Of a DNA stretch of 64,000 nt, positions 19,974-29,382 are shown one piece after another. The notes beneath the pieces are model-generated. The model had not been told where the DNA came from. It did no database searches and worked only from the letters and a program-made list of their open reading frames with translations. Source of the stretch: Alphaproteobacteria bacterium (GTDB lineage: Bacteria; Pseudomonadota; Alphaproteobacteria; JAJTHO01; CANGXP01); contig CANGXP010000001.1 in the NCBI GenBank assembly GCA_947457935.1, positions 4,065 through 68,064 on the forward strand. Direction: 5' to 3'. Within the stretch, counting starts at the first letter, position 1, and every line of letters starts with the position of its first letter. A program made the translations under genes and the position numbers.

Positions 19974-20033
19974 TACCCTATTCCTATTCTTAGATTACAC
20001 TAAAACCGTTAAAAATTCCATATTTTTTCTAGT

Positions 20034-21281
20034 TTATAGTGTAGGCGTATTGAAACGAATTAATCGTGGTTTTAACAAAAGCATGTACGCGGCAGGATCC
20101 TCTGAATATGAAAGACCATATAACAATAATGGATTTTCAACCGTATGAGAGAAACTCAGAGAGACACTGTTTTTTGGTGTCATCCCCTTCGTATCGCACG
20201 ATGCTTTATTTGGATTTTGCATTGTCATGAAAAGATTTGTTGCCACGTCCACGTCCTGCGGCGTGCTCTGTGCTGTAACCGTTATAAGTCCCAAGGGGCC
20301 TGTGTCCGTAGGTGATTTACAATACGGCACCTTCGGCACATCACCCATAGAAAAGGTCAGCGGGGAAGCAGTCATCATCGTCACAATACCTGCGTCAATT
20401 TTGGTTACACTCATACCGTAGGGCGCGAAAACACTACGAAAATCCTCATTTGCTAACGCCCCTTGAAATACCCCCACACCAGAATTTGGGTCATGCGCTA
20501 TTTTTTCTAACCCCATCAAGCGCCAATCCAGCGGTTTGGTAGGCGGCATATCAAACCGCCACAATACAGCTTGATAGGCTACAACCATCTTTTCGGCTCG
20601 CAATTGTTGTAAATAGCTCTTTACGGTCGAGATACTGCCCCGCGTCAGCTGAAAAGACATCACCCGCGTAGACGCGTCAAACTCAATTTTTTTTGCACCC
20701 AAACTCTGTACTGTATTGATGATGCTTTCATAGGGGGCTTTAAGAATGTCAGGCGTTTTAGAGGATCTATTATTCCCTCCCATGTACCCCAAGGGCGGCA
20801 TAATGACGTTATACGTCTCAACACTTTCAATTTGTAAAACGCCTTGGTTCAAACGATATACAAATGCGCCTTCAGCACTAAGTTGCTCTAAGGCTGTTGC
20901 AAAATCACGCGGTAAGGACACTGCACTAAGTTTTTTATCCTGTACCGTATCAGAAATATACAATCTATACGGCACGTTCTGCATCAGCCGCAACAACACG
21001 TCTGAAAGATAGGCATCTTTTAGTGTTATGGGCGGGATAGTGGTATTGGGCAGCGGCTCTGAAACATATGCGGCCTGTAGCGCAAAAAAATTCTTTGTTG
21101 CAAGGCTGGCACGCTCTGCAATCGGCGGTATGAATTTTTTCTTATCAAAAAGCATGTCACGCGATTTTTCACTGCTTACCGCTGCTGTAACGGGTGCTTT
21201 TGTATCAACAGAAACGACCTTACAGCCCGTTATCGCAAGGATACAACAGAGTAATCCTATTTTGTGAAATCGCATCATCAT
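20034..21281 (-). CDS. Secretin-like outer-membrane lipoprotein (PilN/BfpB-like N-terminal domains, shortened C-terminus)
   Basis: Lipobox AITGC at Cys20; ITLKDAYLSDVL...FATALEQL...YRLNQGVLQI resembles a secretin N0/STN domain; VVAYQAVLWRF...LDW resembles the start of a secretin core; by-eye recognition only. Confidence 0.55.
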   Translation of the reverse strand: MMMRFHKIGLLCCILAITGCKVVSVDTKAPVTAAVSSEKSRDMLFDKKKFIPPIAERASLATKNFFALQAAYVSEPLPNTTIPPITLKDAYLSDVLLRLMQNVPYRLYISDTVQDKKLSAVSLPRDFATALEQLSAEGAFVYRLNQGVLQIESVETYNVIMPPLGYMGGNNRSSKTPDILKAPYESIINTVQSLGAKKIEFDASTRVMSFQLTRGSISTVKSYLQQLRAEKMVVAYQAVLWRFDMPPTKPLDWRLMGLEKIAHDPNSGVGVFQGALANEDFRSVFAPYGMSVTKIDAGIVTMMTASPLTFSMGDVPKVPYCKSPTDTGPLGLITVTAQSTPQDVDVATNLFMTMQNPNKASCDTKGMTPKNSVSLSFSHTVENPLLLYGLSYSEDPAAYMLLLKPRLIRFNTPTL

Positions 21282-21322
21282 GTGTTGCCATGCTTTTTAT
21301 AAAGGGCTTTGATTGCTAAGCT

Positions 21323-22630
21323 CTACCGCCCAATCAAAGGTTCTTGAACGGGCACAGGCGTTGTTGGCACCGATGCACCAGCGCTCGTACTTACAGGCGC
21401 TGAACGGATTTGTGACGGTAACGATGGTGCAATAGAGCCTTTTGGCTTGTCTTCAAACAAATATAAATCATCATCGTTTGTAATCTTATTCCCTGTCACA
21501 CCCACGGGTGTTGAAGAGTACACACACACCACACGCGAACCGTTACGCAGGGTAAAGTTGCCAATTGCTTCAGCAATAAAAATATTCCCTGTTGACCCTG
21601 CAGTGCGTGTATTCACCATGGTGTCAACCCCATCAACCACACGGCTAATAACAGGCCTCCGCACGGTATCTGCCTTATCGCCATAATCAAAATATGTCCA
21701 AATACCATCCGTAAACACACGCAACGGCGCAATTTCAATATCTTCAGGTGTTGGCGCAAAAATCTTCAAATCAAAACGGAGATTCTCAGGACTAAATGCA
21801 ATTTTGCGAATGTAGTCAGGCGGTGTCACAATATTACTCGGCGTTGCCGCAGCACCAGACATCCCCGCATCTGTTGAAGACGGATTGGGTTGCGCATTAC
21901 CACCAAGTGGGTTTTGCGCGGCACTGCCTGCAGCAACATACACTGTAAAGTCTGTAATTTGCGTTGAATTCCACCCCTCAGAACGTACATAAAAGTTATA
22001 AATATTTCCCGATGTCCCAATAATAGTCATATTGGTATCAGCCCCTGAGTGACTCGGGCGCACAACCAAGATATTTTGCTTTACGCGTGTGGCTTCAAAC
22101 ACCATCGTATCGCCGAGAATAATCCGCTCCACGTTTTCCCACGCTGGTAGCTCAATGGTTGTGGTCATAAATTCGCGGGTACGAATCGGCATAACAAAAT
22201 CAGGTCGCCACACAAAACGCATAATACCAGGTGCCGTCTGCCCTGTGGAAGCAATCGGACTATCCCATTTTTTTTGCAATGCCCCAACAGGCAACGTTGA
22301 GCTACGTGTCATGGTGGGGAATTGACCTGATGCTTGACTATTAATATCTTGCTCTGTTCTAGCCGCCAACGGACTAGGCCCCGAAGAAGGAGCAGAGAAT
22401 TGTTGCGCTGGATCATTGAAATTTGGCACAGGGGCGGCACCGAATCCTTGGCTTGCTCCCGTCGCAGGATTGCCTAATGGGGGACGAATTTGTGCAACAG
22501 CAGTGTGTGAGAGAATACTGCACACAAGAAATCCGCTCAAAGAAATAAGGGCGGATTGTTTTTTAAGAGAACAAATGTTTTTCATAAAGATATCGCTCTT
22601 TTTGTGATTAATATTTTTAGTTTTGGGCAA
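21323..22630 (-). CDS. virB9: Type IV secretion outer-membrane core protein VirB9/TrbG
   Basis: Signal peptide, IRTREFMTTTIEL, ILGD, TNMTIIGTSGNIYNFYV, PLRVFTDGIWTYFDY, TLRNGSRVVCV. Confidence 0.88.
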   Translation of the reverse strand: MPKTKNINHKKSDIFMKNICSLKKQSALISLSGFLVCSILSHTAVAQIRPPLGNPATGASQGFGAAPVPNFNDPAQQFSAPSSGPSPLAARTEQDINSQASGQFPTMTRSSTLPVGALQKKWDSPIASTGQTAPGIMRFVWRPDFVMPIRTREFMTTTIELPAWENVERIILGDTMVFEATRVKQNILVVRPSHSGADTNMTIIGTSGNIYNFYVRSEGWNSTQITDFTVYVAAGSAAQNPLGGNAQPNPSSTDAGMSGAAATPSNIVTPPDYIRKIAFSPENLRFDLKIFAPTPEDIEIAPLRVFTDGIWTYFDYGDKADTVRRPVISRVVDGVDTMVNTRTAGSTGNIFIAEAIGNFTLRNGSRVVCVYSSTPVGVTGNKITNDDDLYLFEDKPKGSIAPSLPSQIRSAPVSTSAGASVPTTPVPVQEPLIGR

Positions 22631-23369
22631 TGCTGTAGTCCAACACTGTAAAGCCTAAAGGGTTAAAATATTGTTCTGCCAGTGCAACATTTCGGGCGAC
22701 ATAATCAACACGTAGTTGCGCCCTCCATTTTCCTTTTAACAAAACATTCCCCAGCCTATCTGTGTCAGTCGTTACATATTCTACCTCAACGTAGTTTTGG
22801 CTTTTGCTCACCGTGCTTGTAATGTCTACACTACGGCTAATGCCTTTTTGCTGCAGCTCTTGATATGGCTGATTAATCGACATCAAAAACGTATTATACT
22901 CCGCTTCAGGCATACGATATTTCAGATACTCAACCCAGCGGCGTTGTTGATCTGTTTGATCCAAAATAATTTCTTCCCGAACCTTTACATATTCACCTGC
23001 CATTTTCTCTGTGAACAGTTGAATCCCTGCTTGCCCTTTAATAAAAGGCTGAATTTGTACTATTTGCTCGTTTTTATCGTTGAATGTCACTAGCATCGGC
23101 TCAATTTTTTTGAGCGGTACCAAGGCATATACCGTCAACACCAAAACAATATTCAGCAACATGCTCATGTAAAACGCGACCGCAAACACACGCGTTGTCC
23201 ACAAATATCGACGCCCCTCCAGCACAGGAATACGCACATCTTTGGGGTACGCGCCTAGCGTATCTTTATGATCGCCATTAGAAGCAGACTTTAACAAAGG
23301 ATCAATCCCCTCTTGCGGTGCAACGGGTCTGAAATATCCTTTAAGCTTTTGTCCTAGGTTCTCACTCAT
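22617..23369 (-). CDS. virB8: Type IV secretion inner-membrane protein VirB8
   Basis: Single TM followed by LVPLKKIEPMLV, EYVKVRE, and C-terminal NPLGFTVLDY. Confidence 0.88.
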   Translation of the reverse strand: MSENLGQKLKGYFRPVAPQEGIDPLLKSASNGDHKDTLGAYPKDVRIPVLEGRRYLWTTRVFAVAFYMSMLLNIVLVLTVYALVPLKKIEPMLVTFNDKNEQIVQIQPFIKGQAGIQLFTEKMAGEYVKVREEIILDQTDQQRRWVEYLKYRMPEAEYNTFLMSINQPYQELQQKGISRSVDITSTVSKSQNYVEVEYVTTDTDRLGNVLLKGKWRAQLRVDYVARNVALAEQYFNPLGFTVLDYSIAQN

Positions 23370-23370
23370 A

Positions 23371-23562
23371 TTATGATTGCTTCTGCCATCCGTTATAATT
23401 TTGCGGTACTTCTAAGCACGCACAAGGACTCCGTTTTAAATCATCATTGTCGCGTCCAATCCCCACAGGGTCGGGCAATGTTTCGCTGCCACGGACAAAA
23501 TCACATCCAGATACAAGCAACAACGCTGCTACGCCGCACCAGAGATATTTTTTGTTTTTCAT
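23371..23562 (-). CDS. virB7: Small lipoprotein, VirB7-like
   Basis: 63 aa, lipobox LVSGC at Cys20, KRSPCAC motif, position immediately upstream of virB8. Confidence 0.7.
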   Translation of the reverse strand: MKNKKYLWCGVAALLLVSGCDFVRGSETLPDPVGIGRDNDDLKRSPCACLEVPQNYNGWQKQS

Positions 23563-23599
23563 AAAGACTCCTGAGTTATTTCTATTGGTTTAACAGGTA

Positions 23600-23607
23600 A
23601 TGGTTAA
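23600..23607 (-). promoter_or_regulatory. TTAACCAT CtrA-type half site upstream of virB7
   Basis: Plus-strand ATGGTTAA, about 40 bp upstream of the virB7 start; short motif, could be chance. Confidence 0.3.
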
Positions 23608-23656
23608 AATAATCCTTATGTTGCTTCCGCATCACCAAAATTCTTGAACAACATGC

Positions 23657-23787
23657 CATAACTATTCCAAAACAAAATTAGCTTCTGGCAAAAACAACTG
23701 CAATCGAGCGAATATTTACATCTTGATAGATGAGTGAGGTTAAGGAAAGTTTGCAGTAGTGAGTAATTTTGTCTTGGAGTAACTATA
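23657..23787. mobile_element. ~130-bp palindromic MITE (RPE-like), copy 2, decayed, inside the T4SS locus
   Basis: Ungapped match to 15125-15255 (94/125 identical by hand count over 15131-15255); stem pairing retained with compensatory changes. Confidence 0.75.
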
Positions 23788-23842
23788 TCAGAAAACATCT
23801 TAATTTAATGGTATACAAAAATATAAATTTTTGCAAACCAAA

Positions 23843-23858
23843 AGTGATTTATATCACA
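23843..23858. promoter_or_regulatory. CRP/FNR-like palindrome AGTGA-N6-TCACA
   Basis: One mismatch to TGTGA-N6-TCACA; 13 bp (TTTATATCACAAT) are repeated at 30844-30856 upstream of the first pilin gene. Confidence 0.4.
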
Positions 23859-23868
23859 ATAAAAACAA

Positions 23869-24891
23869 CTAGTACTGCCTGTCAAAATGTTCTCTATTAA
23901 TTGTCTGCATACTTTTTACAGGGGCGCATACAGAATGCATGGCTTCCATGGTTTGCTTCAAAAAAACACGTTCTTGTTTTAGTGCATTGAGGTTCACAAG
24001 ATCTTGGCGCACACACCCAGGCAAAACAGTCGGCTTATCTTTGACAGATGTATCAGGCGCAATACATGGCTTCATAGAATTTTTGATAAGCTCGCTCATT
24101 ACCTTTTTAAGATGCTCTACATAAACAGGAATATTTGACAAATACGTTAGAGATGCCGCCGCACAATTTAAATTTTGCTGCTGTAGAACTGCTCTTACGC
24201 ACCAATCTTTCCGCGTTGTCTCCGCTGGCGAATATTGGCTTTTCGCGCTCCCCCTGCCCTGCTCATCGTAATAACCGTAAAGCAGCGCAGTCCCCAAGAC
24301 ATACTTCGTCGCACATTGTTTAAACTGCTCTGTTTTCTTATCTGTACCACAAATTGTATCCAGCGTGGTTGATTGCGAAACTTCTTCAATACTACGCAAA
24401 CAAGAAGAAGGACTGGTAAGGTCAATTAAATCTGTGTTTGGCCCTTGCGTGGCAAGTTCTCTTTTTTGTGCTTCATGCCCCAAATTGAGCACGGAATCAG
24501 GATTCTTTAAAACTTCCTGCAGTCCGTCAGGTGGCGGGGAAGGTAAAGTTTTAACAACACTTTCTCCCCATATTTTAGATTTTCTCTCTTCATCTTTACG
24601 TTTCTCCTCGTGCAATTTTTTTTGCTCTTCAGCCGTAATCTCTTTTGATTTATTGACAATATAACGACCTACATCAAAAATACAGATAGCACGCGTACCG
24701 CAAATATTAGGGCACTTCATAAACAACATAATCTTTTCCCCAGGAGGGAAATAGCAAGATGGAATAGCAGCTAATGCCCGGCAAACAACAGGACAAATGA
24801 AGAACTGACCGCTTTCTGCACGTTTTGGGGGCATCACGATAAACGCAAAGCATACAATAACGATACATAATCTTGTTAGGTTGTTAAGCAC
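23869..24891 (-). CDS. Secreted Cys-rich hypothetical protein in the T4SS operon (340 aa)
   Basis: N-terminal signal peptide, many Cys residues; C-terminal motifs shared with 24916-26526. Confidence 0.7.
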   Translation of the reverse strand: MLNNLTRLCIVIVCFAFIVMPPKRAESGQFFICPVVCRALAAIPSCYFPPGEKIMLFMKCPNICGTRAICIFDVGRYIVNKSKEITAEEQKKLHEEKRKDEERKSKIWGESVVKTLPSPPPDGLQEVLKNPDSVLNLGHEAQKRELATQGPNTDLIDLTSPSSCLRSIEEVSQSTTLDTICGTDKKTEQFKQCATKYVLGTALLYGYYDEQGRGSAKSQYSPAETTRKDWCVRAVLQQQNLNCAAASLTYLSNIPVYVEHLKKVMSELIKNSMKPCIAPDTSVKDKPTVLPGCVRQDLVNLNALKQERVFLKQTMEAMHSVCAPVKSMQTINREHFDRQY

Positions 24892-24915
24892 GTATTTGCC
24901 CTTTTATTGCCTTGC

Positions 24916-26526
24916 TTATCGACATTCTGTGGGGGTTCCGATTAACCCTTTAATGCCTTCACAGGCAGTGCAAAGAGCAGTCACCTCCCCCATTGCCAAA
25001 TCTGCCGTCAACCCATAAAACTCGATAGCGGCAAGTGACTGAATATCACCCCGAACGCTTCCAGAATTCGCCACGACCTCTGTTAAGGTAGGACATAACG
25101 ATTTAGGCAAGTTTTGCCCTGCAACAACACATTCTCCAGAATTGGACACCAATTGCTGCGCTTTAATGGCGCTATTATTGACATAATTCAGAGAAGTGGT
25201 CGCACATTTCAAAGCACAGTTACGGGCGGCATCTAAGCGATACCGCGTTACTGTTGCTTGGCATTCTGCCTTAGGCGCATTACTGCCTCTCCCCGTCAGT
25301 CCCTTCTCAATAGCAGCATACATCTTATCTGCTGTTGCTGCACCTGTGTCAGCACCTCCAGACAGCTTCTTGTCCTTAAAGACTTTTAGCTTGCCAGAAT
25401 TATTTTGATCACTACCACCCGCATTAGGATTACTAATATCAAATCCTGGATTAAGGTTTATACTCGCCTCTGCAGCCTTTAATGTAAACTGAGCTGGGTC
25501 AGAATTCTCTCCACCGTTAAATGGGCCCATTACAGAAATAATCGTGCCTGCAATCTGCTGCGCCGTTGTAATGGGGCTTCCACCTGATCCTATTTGTGTA
25601 AAAGCGTTTGTAAAAACTTGGATACTTGAAAAAACTACATTAATCAAACTTTGGGCCTGCGCCTGAAAATTTCCAAGATCTGTAGCAAACTGTTTTAGGC
25701 CAGCGTCCCCTGTAATTTCGCCAATAGCGCCTGTAAAAAGCTGAACTGTACTCAGTGCTTGCAATCCTGTGTCCAAAATTCCTTGAGACGAGTTAGCAGA
25801 AAAACCATTCGGAGTACTCCCCCCAAACCATTGAGGGTTCTCGCTACGGACAGACGCCTGAAACGACGTTTCACCATATCTGCCAAGCGAATGTGCCATG
25901 AATTTTGCAAGATCAACAGGCGGTGCAGTTGTGCCTAAAACGCTGTTGATCCGCTTTTGATTTTTACACTGCTCAAACATTGATTTGAGCTGCTGTGTCA
26001 TTGTCATTAACTGCTGAATATTTGTAACGGTATTTGACGGATCACTAACGAAAACGCCTAAAATGCCAAGGAATGGCCCTAATAGACTGAATATACCTGC
26101 TGCAATATTCAATAAGTCGGAAATAAATCCGGGTGTCATGCAAATCAGTTGGCTCAGATACGGATTATCCGCAAAAAATTTATCAAAATCGGGTAGATCC
26201 CATTTTCCTTCCGTGCCCGTTAATTTTGGGACAAGATCGGATGGAACAAAACTAATCCCCACTTGCCCTGGTGCGGGCGGCCCTATTTGAGGCGCTATGC
26301 TTAAATTTCCTGAAAACGTTGCAGATGTGGCTGCATTCGGAACAAAAACAGTCGGCTGCGAGGCAAAATTAATAACACTGCCAACTTTAGCATCAGGATT
26401 CAGTTGTCCGTTTGCATCAACAAGAGGCACAGCAGGCAGAGCCCCCTGCGCCGCCATCGCCACAGGGGCACCGTGCAAAAACAGTGATATAGCAACTAAT
26501 AATACGGCAATACAACGATGGAACAT
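24916..26526 (-). CDS. Secreted hypothetical protein in the T4SS operon (536 aa), possibly VirB5/TrbJ-like
   Basis: Signal peptide, hydrophobic hairpin, NIQQLMTMTQQLKSM coiled segment, Cys-rich C-terminus. Confidence 0.7.
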   Translation of the reverse strand: MFHRCIAVLLVAISLFLHGAPVAMAAQGALPAVPLVDANGQLNPDAKVGSVINFASQPTVFVPNAATSATFSGNLSIAPQIGPPAPGQVGISFVPSDLVPKLTGTEGKWDLPDFDKFFADNPYLSQLICMTPGFISDLLNIAAGIFSLLGPFLGILGVFVSDPSNTVTNIQQLMTMTQQLKSMFEQCKNQKRINSVLGTTAPPVDLAKFMAHSLGRYGETSFQASVRSENPQWFGGSTPNGFSANSSQGILDTGLQALSTVQLFTGAIGEITGDAGLKQFATDLGNFQAQAQSLINVVFSSIQVFTNAFTQIGSGGSPITTAQQIAGTIISVMGPFNGGENSDPAQFTLKAAEASINLNPGFDISNPNAGGSDQNNSGKLKVFKDKKLSGGADTGAATADKMYAAIEKGLTGRGSNAPKAECQATVTRYRLDAARNCALKCATTSLNYVNNSAIKAQQLVSNSGECVVAGQNLPKSLCPTLTEVVANSGSVRGDIQSLAAIEFYGLTADLAMGEVTALCTACEGIKGLIGTPTECR

Positions 26527-26579
26527 AACAAGACTCTCTTCTAATTATACTAATACTGTAACATAAATCACTTATTACA

Positions 26580-29027
26580 TCAAGTTGAATCTAAATAAAT
26601 ATTGAGCCAATCGGGGCCTGCATCGCGCATCAACTGCTCTGCAAGGCTTCGTGAAGCCTGATCTGAATAAAACACCCGAATTAAGGGACCCAGCGCATTC
26701 AAGTTATTGTCTAAAATAACGGACTCACCCGTTGCTCGTTTCATCAAAACAGAATAGCGCATCCCCCGCGCACTTGGTAACTTGCCTTTTATATACGCCC
26801 ACTCACGGTCTGTTAAACCCCAATCGGCATACTCGCGCTCTTGCGCTTGGGGGTTTTGAAAGAAGAACGTGGTTTGTGCTTGTCCGCGAATGGCTTCACC
26901 CAATCCTGCTTGCACAATCGCTTCAGGACGTTGAAAGGCGGAGATAATCGCCGAACTCTTTTTGCGATATTCTTGCAACATCTGCATAAAATAGTTGCGG
27001 AAAATCGGGTGCTTCACCACAGGTTCTGTTTCATCGATAAAGATGAGCGCAGGGGCTTGTAATTCACTAATCGCTGCCTGAATACGGTGCATCAGGTATA
27101 AAATAACTGCCCGCGCCAAATCGTCATGCTCATAAATCCGCGTAAAATCAAGAATAACAAGGCGAGTGGATGTTAAATCTAGTGTATCTTGCTGCGCATT
27201 AAAAATTTTGCCATACACAGCAGGATCAACCCATTTATTCAATCCCTTACGCAGCGGACGTGCCTTGCTGAAACATGCATCATAAATATTCGCGAGAGAC
27301 CGTTTTTCAAACGGCAGTCCCGGGTTTTCAAACGCTGCTTCAATTGCAAAACCAATTTCTTCAATCGAATCAGGGTCTTCGCATTCTGATAACGCTTGTA
27401 AGAAGGCACGCAAAAACGATCTATTTTGTACGTTGTCGGTACATTGGAAGGGATTCAACGCTGATTCCGTGCCCTCCATGTCCGATCCTTCAAAGGTAAT
27501 GTAACTGCCATTCACCGCATTACAAAAAATGTACGCGCCCCCATGTCTATCCACCATGTAACAGCGTAATTTTTCATGGCGCATTGCCATGGCGGTAAGG
27601 AAGTTGATGAGCGTGGTTTTTCCACTCCCCGTAGGGCCGATCGCCACCGCGTGTGCAACCGCCGCCTTTGCTTCACTAATATGAAACTGAAAGGCGTACG
27701 CCGTACCCGAAGACGTGCGGAACGTTGTAATAGGACCATCCCCCCAATCAGAATTGCGCAGTCCAATTGGCGGGCGTTCTAAGGTTAAGTGATTCGCTAT
27801 GTTGCGTGAAAAAAGTTTATAGGGTCTTGGCCAAATTTTATAGCCGGGGAACTGACAAAACCAACTTGCTTGCGCTGCTGCGCTTTCGTGCACAGGGGAA
27901 ATCCCAAAGCCTGTTGCAATTTGCTTGATCTCAGATTCCACCAAATCAAGCTCTTCTTGGGTTTTTCCGTACGCAAAAATCGTCAAGGAATACGCGCACA
28001 TTGCTTGCGCCGAATCACTATTTCCCTCAATCCGATCAATCGCATCTTCAAACTGGTTCACAGCACCGGGGCTAAAACGCTGCGCCATCGACAATCTGTA
28101 TTGTTGCGTCACGGTGAACGCTGCTTTCGTCTTGCTCCACGGCTCAATGGCGTGCATCACCACAATTTCGCCATGCACTGTGTTGATCGAGTTAATAAAC
28201 GCTTCGTAGGTAAAATCACCTAGCGAACGGATACCTATCACCGCACACAACAACTGTTTGTTACCGCTTCTAAAGGTCACAAGACCGTTATCCCCGCCAA
28301 ATTCCACCTGATCCGCGCATAACGCATCAGAAACCCCCGAACCAATCCCTCCTGGTTTGGGTTGTGATAGCGGACTAATCAGCCGTGCTAAAAATGCAAG
28401 GGGGCGCTTTTCCGGTTCAGGATCATGCTGTGACATTTCCTTACAACCATATTTATTCAAAATGGTTTTGGTAACCTCCACCGAACCCGCTAATTTTGAA
28501 AGCGGATTTCGCACCTTACCCGATATCGACAAAACAAGAATCTGGCGATTGTTATAGGACTGACTAAAACTATTATTCCACCGCCTTGCAATCTCGCGCA
28601 ACACAGGATTAGAATGAGTTGATTTTGCAACTAGATCCACACGTTCTCGTAATAGAAAAGAACGAATCGCCACTTCACTATCAGACAAGGTGTCAACCCA
28701 ATCCTTGCGCGCAAGAAACAAAACTTCTCTCTCGTGAGGATTGAGGAAGGTATCGTCTAATCCCGCAACTTCCAAGCATTGCGCCAGTGTGCCGTCCCTG
28801 CATGCCAAGGTCTTACCATCAGGCAAAACGCGATCAAACGGCAAAAAATCTGCTAAGCGTGTTTCTTCAGGGGCAGGCAATACCAGCTTTGAAACAGCGG
28901 GCATAATAAATCCCACAAAAGCCGCTGCACCGCCGATAATGCCAATAATCCCTGCTATAAGCGCAGTGAGGCTAAACGTTTCTGTGAACGCACTAATAAC
29001 ATCGGGAGTCGCATACTCAAGGGACAT
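26580..29027 (-). CDS. virB4: Type IV secretion ATPase VirB4
   Basis: 815 aa, AHAVAIGPTGSGKTTLINFL Walker A, LIFIDETE Walker B, ISAFQ; follows virB3. Confidence 0.93.
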   Translation of the reverse strand: MSLEYATPDVISAFTETFSLTALIAGIIGIIGGAAAFVGFIMPAVSKLVLPAPEETRLADFLPFDRVLPDGKTLACRDGTLAQCLEVAGLDDTFLNPHEREVLFLARKDWVDTLSDSEVAIRSFLLRERVDLVAKSTHSNPVLREIARRWNNSFSQSYNNRQILVLSISGKVRNPLSKLAGSVEVTKTILNKYGCKEMSQHDPEPEKRPLAFLARLISPLSQPKPGGIGSGVSDALCADQVEFGGDNGLVTFRSGNKQLLCAVIGIRSLGDFTYEAFINSINTVHGEIVVMHAIEPWSKTKAAFTVTQQYRLSMAQRFSPGAVNQFEDAIDRIEGNSDSAQAMCAYSLTIFAYGKTQEELDLVESEIKQIATGFGISPVHESAAAQASWFCQFPGYKIWPRPYKLFSRNIANHLTLERPPIGLRNSDWGDGPITTFRTSSGTAYAFQFHISEAKAAVAHAVAIGPTGSGKTTLINFLTAMAMRHEKLRCYMVDRHGGAYIFCNAVNGSYITFEGSDMEGTESALNPFQCTDNVQNRSFLRAFLQALSECEDPDSIEEIGFAIEAAFENPGLPFEKRSLANIYDACFSKARPLRKGLNKWVDPAVYGKIFNAQQDTLDLTSTRLVILDFTRIYEHDDLARAVILYLMHRIQAAISELQAPALIFIDETEPVVKHPIFRNYFMQMLQEYRKKSSAIISAFQRPEAIVQAGLGEAIRGQAQTTFFFQNPQAQEREYADWGLTDREWAYIKGKLPSARGMRYSVLMKRATGESVILDNNLNALGPLIRVFYSDQASRSLAEQLMRDAGPDWLNIYLDST

Positions 29028-29310
29028 ATTTTCTTATTTTTGGTGTTTTTATAAGGTTTTTCGTACTTTTTCGACTTACTGCCCATGCTTGTATTAATGT
29101 TGTCATATGCGGCTCTCGTGCACCTTGTGCCGCAATGAACAAATGTGACAAGAAAAAACTAGCAATAAAAATTAGAGGGCTAATTCCTGCCAAGCCCAAT
29201 CCATACACCATTAACATCGCATGCACACCCATATTTGCCATTGCAGGCATTTGAGGAGCCCAAAACATGGTGGAAGGCAGAGCAACAACGCGGAGAATTT
29301 TTTCTGGCAT
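29017..29310 (-). CDS. virB3: VirB3-like membrane protein
   Basis: 97 aa, ALPSTMFWAP, two hydrophobic segments, REPH motif; overlaps the virB4 start. Confidence 0.75.
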   Translation of the reverse strand: MPEKILRVVALPSTMFWAPQMPAMANMGVHAMLMVYGLGLAGISPLIFIASFFLSHLFIAAQGAREPHMTTLIQAWAVSRKSTKNLIKTPKIRKYVP

Positions 29311-29382
29311 AGCAGCATCCTATACAGATTTTGATAATAAAACATGAACGATTTTGGAAAATTTTGAGGAAAGTAAGAAAAA

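Noticed and set aside
15200-23756. 25-bp direct repeat (one mismatch) flanking virB7-virD4, at first read as attL/attR
   Set aside because: The match extends to ~130 bp, each copy is a palindrome, and a third copy lies at 57708; these are dispersed MITEs, not integration sites
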